Source of the DNA: Neoechinorhynchus agilis
Taxonomy: Eukaryota; Animalia; Acanthocephala
Length of the DNA: 64,000 nt
Direction: 5' to 3'
NCBI GenBank assembly: GCA_051530055.1
Contig: CM121341.1
Location: 13,556,784 to 13,620,783 of the forward strand
Under the pieces are notes generated by a model. That model was not told the DNA's origin. It did no database searches and saw only the letters and a list, made by a program, of their open reading frames with translations. Positions 23,500-35,142 of this stretch are shown one piece after another; the stretch's first letter is position 1, and each line of letters starts with the position of its first letter. The translations under genes and the position numbers were made by a program.

Positions 23500-25930
23500 T
23501 ACTTTTGCTTTCCAAATCTGCTAACTTTTGTCGTGATATGGAGTTGTAACCAAACAACCTCGAAGGGCACACTATGCCAGAATCGGTGCACCACACTTCC
23601 TAAACCAATCGTCAATACAGGAGGGGGACTGGTAAGCGAAGGCTCCTCGTCCATCGAGAGCAACGCTCTCAGCCGTGCGAAATTGGCAGGAGACCCATCG
23701 CGAGTATGGGTCCTACAGTTAGCCCCACATATTGTTAGTAAAGCCAACTTCTCTTGACGGCTCCGCAGAACGGGAGCAACCACCTTCACCATGTTCACCG
23801 AATTAGCAAACTCCATTTTAGAGATCGGATTGACCATGCCCGAAGTTATCAAGTTGTATTCCCGGTCCTCACATGTTATACCATCCAGGCAATGAAGTAC
23901 ATTCTGAGTGACTTCCTTGAAGACGCGCACAAAGCGTTCGTCTTTAGCCGGAGGGGGAGCTATCGTGTACACCGTCCGCCAGTCTGATGTAGTTTGCAGA
24001 TCAACCACCCTCGATCGGCACTTGGAAACCACAACCAATTTGTGAGAGTCAGTTTCTGTTGTGCACGACCCGTGTACACGATATGATTCGGGTCTCGAAT
24101 GTCTTTAAGTGCCTCCTCCGACTTCATGTCTACGTTGAGTATCGGAACTGCTTCCGGATCAGCTGGAGTTAAGCCAATCATAGACTCAAAGTCGATCCCC
24201 CTACCGACAACAACACAGACGTGACAAGAGGACACTGTACGAAAGACTAAATGATTTTCCTCAAGGGTGCGCATTTCGTAGATACATCCTGAACCAGTGA
24301 TTTTCTCTATATTCGCTTGATAGTTAGTGGGTCGATAAGTCAAAGAGATCGGATTGCCGTTGAGCGCGTGCATAAGGGCGTCCTACTCCCTGGCAAAGGC
24401 CTCGGAATGACCACTCTGAACAGCAAGAGAGGTGGAGATGTAAGCTTTGAAAAAGAAGCTCACATTTTGCCTGCCGTCCTCAAATTGGCTGCCTCCGAAA
24501 CCCAACCCGAGGAGCAATACTCCCGGAAACGCATGTTGCGCATCGCCTGGAGAAGGGCAGAACGGCGAGCCATCCGCCACTCACCCTTCTCCACCATCTG
24601 AGCATCAGCCGACAACGCTTCCAGCTCATGACCAGGACAGCACAAAGGTATTGCTTCCGCAGATGCAGGGCCTGCACCAACGCCCGCAACATGGGAGGAT
24701 TATCTATATGGGCATAATACAGCCCAGTCTTTTGCTGGAATTACCAGTACGCGGACATTGTTGCGAACTTTGTCATCAAATGAAAAGGCTTGCCGCGTCA
24801 AGTCAGGGCCAACGTCCCTTCTATCGCATTCCTCTTCATTGCGTACAAAGGCTTCGATGTCTCGAGGGCATAGTCAGCGCAGAGCGAAATCGTCGAAGGT
24901 TTTAGAAATCTGGCACCCGGTTTAGAATTGATCACTCTAGACCGGCTGAGTCTTCTATGAAGCTGCATTTTTGGTTCTAATGTGGAAAATGAAATCGACC
25001 ATCTACTCCCGAACATCACGATGCTGTGCGATAGAGTCCGGGAACTTTCGTCACACGAGGCTCTATTCCTGATCAAGAATACCCTCTTTATCCCAAAACT
25101 ACTTTATAAACTGCGTACGGCTTCCTTCTCCAAACACTTCGATAAGTTAAAGAAACTCGATGACATTGTGAAGGCGTGTCTTGAGCACATTTTAAATATC
25201 CAGCTATCAGACGAGGCCTGGCGACAAGCTACATTGCCTGTATCGTCTGGGGGCTTGGGTATTCGAAAAACAGTAGATTTTTAGGATCATTCGAAGGGAG
25301 TCGGGATCTGGTAAAACGTATATTGAGACCTATGTTCTGTTTAGCGGATGAATTTTTAGTGGTAGTCCAGGAATGGTGGGAGAAGATGGGTTACAACCAC
25401 GTTCCCGTGAATGGCCTAAAGCAGTCTATGTGGGATACACCTTTAGTCGCCCGAGCTCATAGTTCTCTAATTTCGGGCTCTCGCGACCAGGTCGACCGGG
25501 CTAGATTGCTGGCAGTCTCAGAATCGGGAGCATGGTTAGAAGCCCTACCCATTGCATCCGTGGGAACACTCCTCGTAGACGAAGCAGTTCGGATCGGAGT
25601 GTCCCTCAGATTAAGTCTACCGATTTATGTCGAACATCATTGCCGGTGTGGAATGATCGTGGATCCACCGGGGAGACATGGTCTTGTTTGCAACAAATCA
25701 GGGGGTCGTTTCTCACGGCATGCTGAGCTGAACGACGTAATTTCGCGTGCCCTAAATATGGTGAACGTCCCAAATATTTTAGAGCCAAGCAACCTGTGCC
25801 GACGCCAAAACATTGGTCTCGCGATCCAAAGAGGAAACGCAGCGAGTGTGGTCGCGACCACTGAGGGGAGAGCGATGCCTCTTCTTCGTGTACGGTGGTG
25901 ATTGTTTTAACGTTTTGTTGTTGTGTGTGT
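23500..25930 (+). mobile_element. Degenerate CRE-clade-like non-LTR retrotransposon (RT, zinc knuckle, restriction-like endonuclease)
   Basis: GTASGSAGVKP, ATLPVSSGGLGIR, RARLLAVSESGAWLEALP, CRCG...HGLVCNKSGGRFSRHAELND, QNIGLAIQRGNAASV. Multiple stops and frameshifts. Confidence 0.85.
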
Positions 25931-28707
25931 AACAAAAAGTGTATAAAATAAACTGAAATTATTGGAAAATAAAATTATCAAACTGAGCATACAAGGAAAA
26001 TGTCGCGCGTTTTTATCAATGCGTTATTATAAACTGAAATAACTGATCAGCATTCATGCGAAAACTTCGTTTAGACAATAAAAGAGAAAAAATTATAGTT
26101 TTTGTCTCTTGGTTAGGATATAATTAAAATCTCTTTGTGATACACCACGACATAACGGCTTGTTCCATTATTTGAAATAGTAGCAGGGTACTCAATTTAC
26201 TATTTAACGACGATTTGGAAAACCATTAATTCTCAAATTATATTTGCGTTTTTCATAATTATTGTATGGACGTGTTTTTCATGAAATCCTCATTGAAGGT
26301 AAACTCGAATTGTCTAAATTTCACGAACTTTAATAAAATTTTAGTGCCAACATTAATAAAAAAAGAGATAAATTTATCACAATATCCCATTTTTACAAAC
26401 TCGGGTAAAAAAATTCTGCTCAGAATTCAAAGTATTTTAAAGTTAAGCACGACGTAGATTGAGGAAATTTATGATAAAAGAATGATTTTGTTTCAACGAC
26501 AAAAACTACATGAAAGGTCTGCAAATCAAAAATTACGCTTGTAATAAAGATCTATGTGATCATTAAAAAATCACAATAATTGCACAAGGTTCATGACATT
26601 CCGATTTAGCATGACGGCCAGCCTTAGTGCATATGAAGAGATTCCTAGTGCGGTAACCAGTCGGCTAGAAACTAATTCTATACAACGATCCAATTGTCGA
26701 AATGGAGCTCTTAGAAGTTCGGGTTAGTAGACAAAAACAAGTGTGAGATCTACGGGGTTAGTAAATTTGCATAAATTCTTAAAATATACCGAGAACCGTA
26801 ACGGTATTCGTTTCTAAATGGGTCACGGACCATAACATATAGCTAAGTATCACACTTAAATGAAAGATGAGTTTAGGGAACCAAGAATCCACAAACAAAT
26901 GGAGATTTAATTTTGACTAATGCGCTATCGAGACCGATTGGTTTAAAATAAGAGCAGCACATCAGGAAATAAATGAAAGTTGTTGACTAATGAGCTTTTC
27001 ATTAAAATTACTTTGTTATAAACCTTAATTTATCCCTTTAAACGTATTAAACGTTTGCAAATATACAATAGATTTTTCAATTTGTAAAGCGTTGGATAGT
27101 TTCACGAGCAATATTGTTACATTTCCAATACTGTGGTCAACCTTAAAAACTTCGTGCGCATCTTTGTAAGAAAAGCGTTTCATACAAATTGTTTTTTTAA
27201 AGACGACCGGATCATCTTGAGACCCTCAATCTTTAAATCACTTTTAGGATAGCCAGTAATTAAGGATGCAACGATGGTTGAAACCTAATTTTATAGCGGG
27301 AGGATACCGAATGCAAATTATAATGTAAACCATATTATTTGTAAAATGCAGTTTTGAAAAAGCTTTCTATTGCTCATCATTTATTGAATTTTTTAAAGAT
27401 GTCGCTATTTATTGCTGTTAGTAAAATACTGCAATGCTCAATTCAAAAACAGATTTTTCGAGCCTTGATGTATCTAAATGAAATATTCTTATGTTTCTGT
27501 AAAAGCGGTTCTTGTTGTTTTATTAGAAAAACTGTAAAACCAAAATGATCGGCAGAAACTGATTAACCCTTTTTATTGCCTCGAAAACGCGTACACGTTG
27601 TAAACTATGTAGAGCTGTCGCTGGAAAACTTTTGCCTTAATTTCAATTAAGTTAATCTTTGAATGTGCGATTTATTTCAACGATTTTTAAGTTTCACTCG
27701 CTTTGCTTTATAGTGAAAATTCAAAAAGACTTGTATTGGAATATAAAAGGTAAGCCTAATTTTCGCTTTGAAAGCTTTGTTGGATTCGTCGCAACTTTCA
27801 AAGAAAGGTGTTTATTGACGAGATCAACGATATCGCAGAGCACAGGAGGTTTTCCTTCGTGAGTTAAAGCAGGACTCACGTTTCAAAGAACATCAAAAGA
27901 GCATCGATTTTCGCTAAGAATCTTTCACTGTGAAAAACAGCTAAGTAACTTTCAATTTGATCTCGAAACAATTTATAGTAAGTTTCGGCAGCAGGCCAAA
28001 CCCATAAGGAGTACAGTGTCCATTTGGACGCTTCAGAGGGCACCCGAAAAATAAAGAAAATTTATATATAAATCGATTAAGATTTATGAAAATATTTGTT
28101 TTAATTCTTAGGATCGGAAGATGGATTTGTTATCCCGAACAATCAAATTTCAAAAGGAAATGAGTTCGTATCTGTAAAAACCAATTTTCGCATTCATGCA
28201 AAAGGTTTTCTAACCTTAGCTTTCCATTTCCACAAGACACAATATAGTATAAAATTCGCAAACTAACAATTTAGGGTCTCAGAATTTTTATGCAAAAGTT
28301 TTATTTCTTAAAAAACGCATTATCTTATCCATTAGAAAACACTTTAAAGTACATGCATTAATAAACGAGCTATGTCAATTTTAACAAATTATTAAAAATA
28401 CGTGTTATGTTCCTGCTGCAGTTTGAAATCGAATCAACGACAAATAAGTATGTTTGCATTTTTTTTATTTCGACCAGAAAAACGATAATGCTTTTAATAG
28501 AAAATCTTACTGGACAGAATTCAAAGCTGTTTAAGTTAAATTCAACGTGGGCGGGATAAATCAATTACTGTTTTATGGTTTCGGATTCATGGTTAAGGAA
28601 TGATTTGATTCTAAGCACTAAAACTACCCACTGCGTTACCTCCTTCATTCGTATCAGACATTGTCACTAAGATTATTAACACTTTAAACCATTTTCAAGT
28701 TTCTGTG

Positions 28708-29170
28708 TCATTTGAAGTCATCTTTACGAAACCATAACTGTCCTTCGAGTTCTTCGGCACAATCATCACAAAACCAAGCAGCGTTGGCTTCGGCTCTCAA
28801 GGCTTCTACCGCTATATTGGTTAATCCAGAGCAAGATAAATGGTATGCTGATCTACAAGGTCCTTCACACCGTATTAAGACGGTTTCGTTTGGTATGAAA
28901 TGCCGACAGTCTTTGCAGTACATACTGGATTGGTTTTCGAAATGAATCGCCTCGATTTTATTATTAGCGGTAATGGTGTACGGCGACCGATAAGAGTCTG
29001 TTTCGTATGGGATATCCTCTTCGTTGTCTGCACTTGAATATTCTGCATCTTTCTCAGAAGGATTACTTGGCGAGAAAAGATTGTCAGGCAAATCCATTCC
29101 ATTGTCCATGTCTAAAAGATTGAGAAAGTACCGCAAACCTACTCATCGACCAACCTTCTTTTTGTGACAT
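28708..29170 (-). CDS. Small PHD-finger protein resembling Pygopus; probable 43-nt intron after MSQKE
   Basis: C4HC3 finger CKDC...CEGPC..YHLSC.GLT..A...LRAEANAAWFCDDC, close to the Pygo PHD (CEASC..FHRIC.GMTE.AY.LLTAEASAVWGCDTC). The N-terminal DNLFSPSNPSEKD resembles the Pygo DHLVASNPFEDD motif. Confidence 0.6.
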
Positions 29171-30482
29171 TTATTTTTCACCAAATTTTTTGTGTGTATT
29201 TTTAAACACTTGGTCGATCAAGCTGCTAGTAATTTGGTTGAGGGGTGCGTAAGTTTAGAGTTTTATTTTAATAGCTGGTTGACAAGCAAAAGCTCACTAA
29301 AAGGTCCATTTCAAAAAGGATTGTCTAAAAGAAGTCAAATAGACGTCATAAAACTATCGTTATTGGTGTTTTCGGGCTACCGCGATTTGTAGTAAGAGAA
29401 AATTTAGAATTTTTGGTGTTGAAACTTCATATAATTTCAAATGCATGGCGCATTTATGCATTTTTGTCTTTTCACAAAAATGAGCAAATTGATATCCAAA
29501 GATGAATTTATTTGAAATTACAATAGCAATAGCGCATCCTCTTGTTCGGCGCAGACGACGTTCAACTTGCAAAAAATATGCAAAAAGCGAACTCAGTTGT
29601 TCAATGAATATGTTTCAATATAAGCATGAAAGATGACTATATAATCAGTTGGAATTGTCTTAAGAAAATTCCGTTGAACTAAGATACCAACAAAAGTTGA
29701 AGAGTACACCTTAGATTGCCGTTTAGATTTTCTTGAAGAGTTACGATGCGAATCACCCACAGCCTGTTCTATCTTATACGCGACGACATTATTGTTAGCA
29801 TTTCGGAAGTAAAACAATTATGGTACGTCGCAATATCCAATAAGTCTTAATAGTGTTTTATGTCTAGACCATAGCAGAAATTCTAGACGCCGTTCGTCTT
29901 CATAACATGCGAATATCGAGGACTATTAACATAAGGATACTTGAAGACGCTACATGGAATGTAAACAAATTTATAAATCATCAGTGTTCGCCTAACGCTA
30001 ATGATATGGGACTTGGGCGCAATGAAATACTCATTTATATGATAAAAAAAGTGTTATCATCGACGTAAGACTTTTAGCGATGACTATAACAGGGAAAACA
30101 GAATGACATTTTTTATAAAGGTGAAAGATTACTTGCTTGGCGAACAGCTTGAAAAATGATAGTATGTTAAACCGAAGTTTGCGCTAGTGAACAATCCGAA
30201 ATTTTTTAAAATTACCAACGATTTACTTTGAACACATTATTCAGATAAATAGGTTTTTGTTTCTTTTCAAATAATCAAACAAAATTTCAAATTTTATTTG
30301 TTGTGTGAATTTCACCAAAAAAGCAGCGCGAGAAAATGAAGACATGCACTCGCACGTTCAATAAAAATCACGTGCAAGGGTTTTAGTGGGGTTGCAGCGA
30401 ACATATGGCATCCAAAATCGCTACTACTTTAGTTTGAGTTCCACCAAATCTTCATCCTCTCACTCAAACGCTTCTTGTAAAT

Positions 30483-31148
30483 CTAAGACGAGGTGGTTGC
30501 CGCCGACCCTTCCGCAACACTCTCAGGAACTTGCTCAGTTTCTGGAGTCGCAGTAAACATTGGCGTCAGCATTGCTCGCACAACTTCATCCATAACGCAT
30601 CCACGTATAAACTCATCACGATTAATGCGATTGTCATGATCCTTATCGAGATGTTGCATTATGAAGTCTACTCTTTTCTTTGGATCGTTCGCACCAGTGC
30701 GATCTTCCTTTCCCATTAAATCATATATGGCCGTTAATATCTTGACCATCTCTTTTTTTTCAACATATCCGTTTTTGTTCACGTCGTATATATCAAATGC
30801 CATCTTAAGTTTATCCTCAAGGCGACCATTGGAAGTGATAGATAGTGCAACCAGGAATTCCACAAAGTCGATGTAACCAGAATTATCAGTATCAAATGTA
30901 TGAAAGACGTGAGATACAAACTTTTCAGGCTTGGCAGCAGCGTCGCCAGTCGTGCTTCCATAACACAGCTTGTATGCTTCGAGCAACTTCTTCTTATCAA
31001 GACGTCCATTGGGACAATCAGTAAGGAACGCCTTATGCCATTGACGAATACGATTCTCATCGTAGAGCGTGTTGTTCAAAAGAAGCTGAACGTCGTCGTT
31101 GGTGAGCACACTGGCATCTTCCTTGGATTTTGTTGATTTGCCACCCAT
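30483..31148 (-). CDS. Neuronal calcium sensor family EF-hand protein (neurocalcin/hippocalcin-like), intronless CDS
   Basis: N-myristoylation motif MGGKST, inactive EF1 containing CPNG, and EF loops DTDNSGYIDFVE, DVNKNGYVEKKE and DKDHDNRINRDE. Confidence 0.93.
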   Translation of the reverse strand: MGGKSTKSKEDASVLTNDDVQLLLNNTLYDENRIRQWHKAFLTDCPNGRLDKKKLLEAYKLCYGSTTGDAAAKPEKFVSHVFHTFDTDNSGYIDFVEFLVALSITSNGRLEDKLKMAFDIYDVNKNGYVEKKEMVKILTAIYDLMGKEDRTGANDPKKRVDFIMQHLDKDHDNRINRDEFIRGCVMDEVVRAMLTPMFTATPETEQVPESVAEGSAATTSS

Positions 31149-34100
31149 TTAGAACTAAGTATATCTTCAACAAAAGGATTGAAAGATTTTAGGAGTAGAT
31201 AGAGAAATTTATAGGAGGTTGTGAATTTCCTGAGAAACGAGGGGGCGTTTTAAGCGAATTCGTGTAAAGTGAATTGGCGTGAGTACGTGCTTTAGTACAA
31301 CATTTAAATGACGAAAAAGGGCATATAATGGAGAGAAAAACTTGTAAGCTTTCGACATATCAATCCCTGGCACTCTCTAAAGTCCATTCGATTTGACTTT
31401 TGAACGATTAATGAGACCTGTATTATCGTAATTTCTTTAATAAAATCAAAAGCGATCCAGTATTACAGATAGGGCTTTTGTACGTAAAAGGATAGTAGAT
31501 GTTTAAATTCATACTTTATCCTACATTCAGACAGCAATATGTGGACGAATCAGGAAATTGAACGGAATATTTGTATCGTTAATAAAAAATAATTGCACCG
31601 TCGGAACGAGAATGCCATACATTCCCGATAGGGACAATTTGCAGCAATGGGCATTTAAGAAACCGCGATCCTCAGTGAATATGAAGAAGCAGAGAGAACG
31701 AATGCAATGCCGCGTTTCGATCCTTAAATAGTATTTCTAGCGTTCCATTCCAGCCGTTTTACATCCAACAACAGCAGGGCAGTCTCTTTGTCTCCTGAAA
31801 ATCTTTATGGAATGATAACGTATGTGTGTATGTGTTCGCTATGCATTCTAAGAGCTTTGTATGTAGCTGGTAATCGATTGCTACTGAGCAGGAAAAGGCG
31901 GGACGCAATAGTGTTACTCAGAAGCAGCCAATGTCTCCCCTCCAAGCGCATGTCAAATAATCGTCGCAGTTTCTCCACTACTGTCGCTCGGGAACGACAG
32001 TGCTTCTGCTGTTCTTAGTGGCGGCAGTTGTTCCTCAGCGGTCCTACACATCGGTGTAGAAATAGAAATAAGGCACACACGGAGATATAGTCTCTTTGTT
32101 TTTGTGGCAAATATTTCCTAGACAAATAGTGTATATGTTGCCCGTCTAAGGTAAACCATGATTGTAGAGGCGATAAGGTGAAAATAACGGGTCTTGTCCT
32201 TTTAATCAGACAAGAAAACGTGATGAATTGTAGATAACCGGGTTTCCAGTCACCCAGATTAATGGGGCGGTGAGAGCTTCAAAAATTCGAATGATCTCAA
32301 TTGAGTCCTAAAATGACGAATTTGATACAAAATAGATGCCCATTTTTAATAGGAGAATAAAGTGTACACTAAGGTTGAGCAGGAACTATCACAGGGAAAA
32401 AACATAACAACAAACAACAAAGGAGCCGTGCACGGAATCTTGTCACAGCTATAAGATTACATTTTAAATAACAGTGAAATGCATTTAACTGAATCCAGCC
32501 GGAAAATTTAATACAATATTAATTTTTAGAACAATAACTTGCTCGGTGCCGGAATCTAGTGTAAAGGTCGTTATTTCCGATTAGAATTTATTTTTGTCCC
32601 ACGCAGTTGTTGCTCACGATTTAACATTTTTCCAAGAAAACGGAGCAGCTATCAATGACATTTGGAGGAAATGCTCAACTCGTGAGAGCTACCAAGATAA
32701 ATTATATAGAATAAATAGAATAGGACGCCAAGCCATCAAAAATAATCAATTATTCTACGAGGTTAAAATAATCGCTAAAACGATTCAAAATACAGTAAGA
32801 TGACAGCTTAGAGCGTTAATCTCACTTTAAAGAAGAATAACCGTGTTTGTTTGATGGAACTGAGAAATTGAGGTCTTTTAAAGGAGATAAAGTTTTACAC
32901 ATTTAGTTAAGAGACAATTAATTAGTTTACAGCAAAGAAATACAATATAAAATCTTTGGGGGAGCATAATCCCGGCAATAACCTTCCAACACAATGGAGG
33001 GAAATAAAGCTAATTTTAGCTTGAAACTTCCAGCCAGCGATGTGTTTAAGATCAACGCTAAAATCATGGAAAAAACGTAGTACAGCGCAGAGGTTCGAGC
33101 GGATAATTGGTCCCCGATCTTCGGGTTTGGCGACACTCCAGCGTAAAACCTTAATGTGAAAAACATATTTTCAGATGACTGATGAGGTGAGGTTACTTCG
33201 TTCGAAATATCTCCAATAAATCAAATATGCTATCAGCGGGGGAATATGTTCACCAAAAGTATACTTTGATTAACCCGAAGGATTTTCTATCGATGAAAAA
33301 CAATATTTTTGGTTCTACAATAACACGTTTATGCTATTTTCATCTTCGCTCAAATCAATAGAACGACGTGAGACATAACGATGGTTCGGATTTGTGGATT
33401 CCATTCAAGGTTTTTAAAAAAGCGAGATATCGAACGCATTTAAAGAACAACACATTCTGTTTCTCGCAATTTCAATCATAACGCGTTCCATTGTTTAACG
33501 AAATTGAAGTATCCAATGCGAACACAGAAACGAGTAGTATAAAGAAGCGCGGGAATATATCCATAACGACGCGCGTCGTGGCCTTAATGGCATCCTCTCC
33601 GTATGATGCCGTGTTTTTACCATAGAGGAAGTATCTCTAAGCTGTCGCTTTGGCATCAGTGAAAACTTTAAATTGCGAGAAGGTAAGAGGTTGCAAGTGC
33701 AAAAACGCTTCCTCCTTGAGGTTTTTAGACGTTGCTTCGGTTTCACCAAAGGCGTTATGTGAACGTAGTTCAACATTAGCACAAGTTTGCATTGAGCACG
33801 CGCGTGGTTTGTATGTGAGTTAGAATTGCGTCTTATAATGGTTATCCTGCCACTTAAGAAGAGTGAAGTATTCGACCGTAGCTCAGGTCGAATATCGGTC
33901 AAAGTGCTACAAAAATTGTGCATTCGAAAATTTAAGATTTTCTTTTACAAACGTTGAGATCGTTAGTTTCTGTGTGTTCACTTAAATATCAAATATCGTG
34001 TGACTTTTTCATTAAATATTCATTGCAATTCCTTCAAAATATATCTATTGTGCAACTTAGGAAGTACACGAGTTCCCTCAAGGACTCTGAGATCCACACT

Positions 34101-35142
34101 AATTTCCATTATTACTTTTTCAAACGAAAGTTATAAAAAGCTCGATAAAACTTACGTTTGAGCATAGGTCAAAACTTTGAAGCTACACGAATCTTAAAAA
34201 TGATTTCTGCCGTTGATTCTTAAGCTTCATTAAATATGAGTACAAGCACTTTTTCCATCGCGGAATAGTTGTTTCGCTTACTAACGTGTTTTTCGGCATG
34301 CAGACTTACGAATTGAAACGTGACTCTTAATTATGCGATATGAGAGACACTCACTGTATATCACTGAGACTATTGTCTCCTTCGGCAAACCCATTATCCG
34401 TTGATTTTAATAGGCATTCCGTTTTCACACTAATTCTATTGAAAATTCGTTTCTGTACTTCGGAGCGAGTACTCGACTTGGATTCTAATAACCACTTCAA
34501 GCGAAATCGAATATTGACTTATAATTAAATTGTTCACTCGACCAACCGTACTAATCCTTGAGTTCTGATCAATGCTTTTCGAGATATTTATTTTTCAAGA
34601 TCTTCGTCTTCAAACCTTTGGAAAATAATAGACAATTTAATCAATAATCACAACCTAAAAGTGTTTCTTATTCCGTTTTACATGAATCATTACAGAATTG
34701 GAACCTTCAAAATATGAAATTCAAGATTATTTGTTCATGTTTCTCAACGTCGCCACTAAAAAATCAACTAGTAGTGCCTCATCGTTTTGTTTCATTCAAG
34801 CAATATTTTTGACTATGCCAACAATTGTTTAATCTAAATCTTTTTAGCTGAAAAGAGCTGTAGTCCATATTTAGATACCATCAATATATGGGGATAATTT
34901 TTTAAAAGTAAATGACAGAAAATTACTCCAGTCCTGGTGTTTGTTTAATAGTAAAAACTAAGAATGTTGTAACTCCTATCCGATTTCGGGGAATGATTAC
35001 AAGGCTTTTCTAGAGAGGCAATTCGACCGTTAAGAAGCGAGTTCAGAATAAAAGCATCTTTAAGACTTTAATTTGATTATCGGAATGCTACTATTTAAAA
35101 AGTCAAATTAATCTTTTTGTGGAAAGTATATAAACGTTTTAG

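Noticed and set aside
23499-24373. Two long minus-strand ORFs (179 and 137 aa) as a novel gene
   Set aside because: They are antisense to the CRE-like ORF, whose motifs (GTASGSAGVKP) lie on the plus strand.
23330-28410. Shared 90-bp segment at 23333-23425 and 28322-28410
   Set aside because: A real but short, diverged dispersed repeat with no definable ends; not informative.
33170-33215. CTGATGAG...CGAAA hammerhead-like motif
   Set aside because: Stem II is weak and stems I and III cannot be formed convincingly.
33495-33923. 142-aa minus-strand ORF
   Set aside because: No recognisable domain, splice support or compositional signal.
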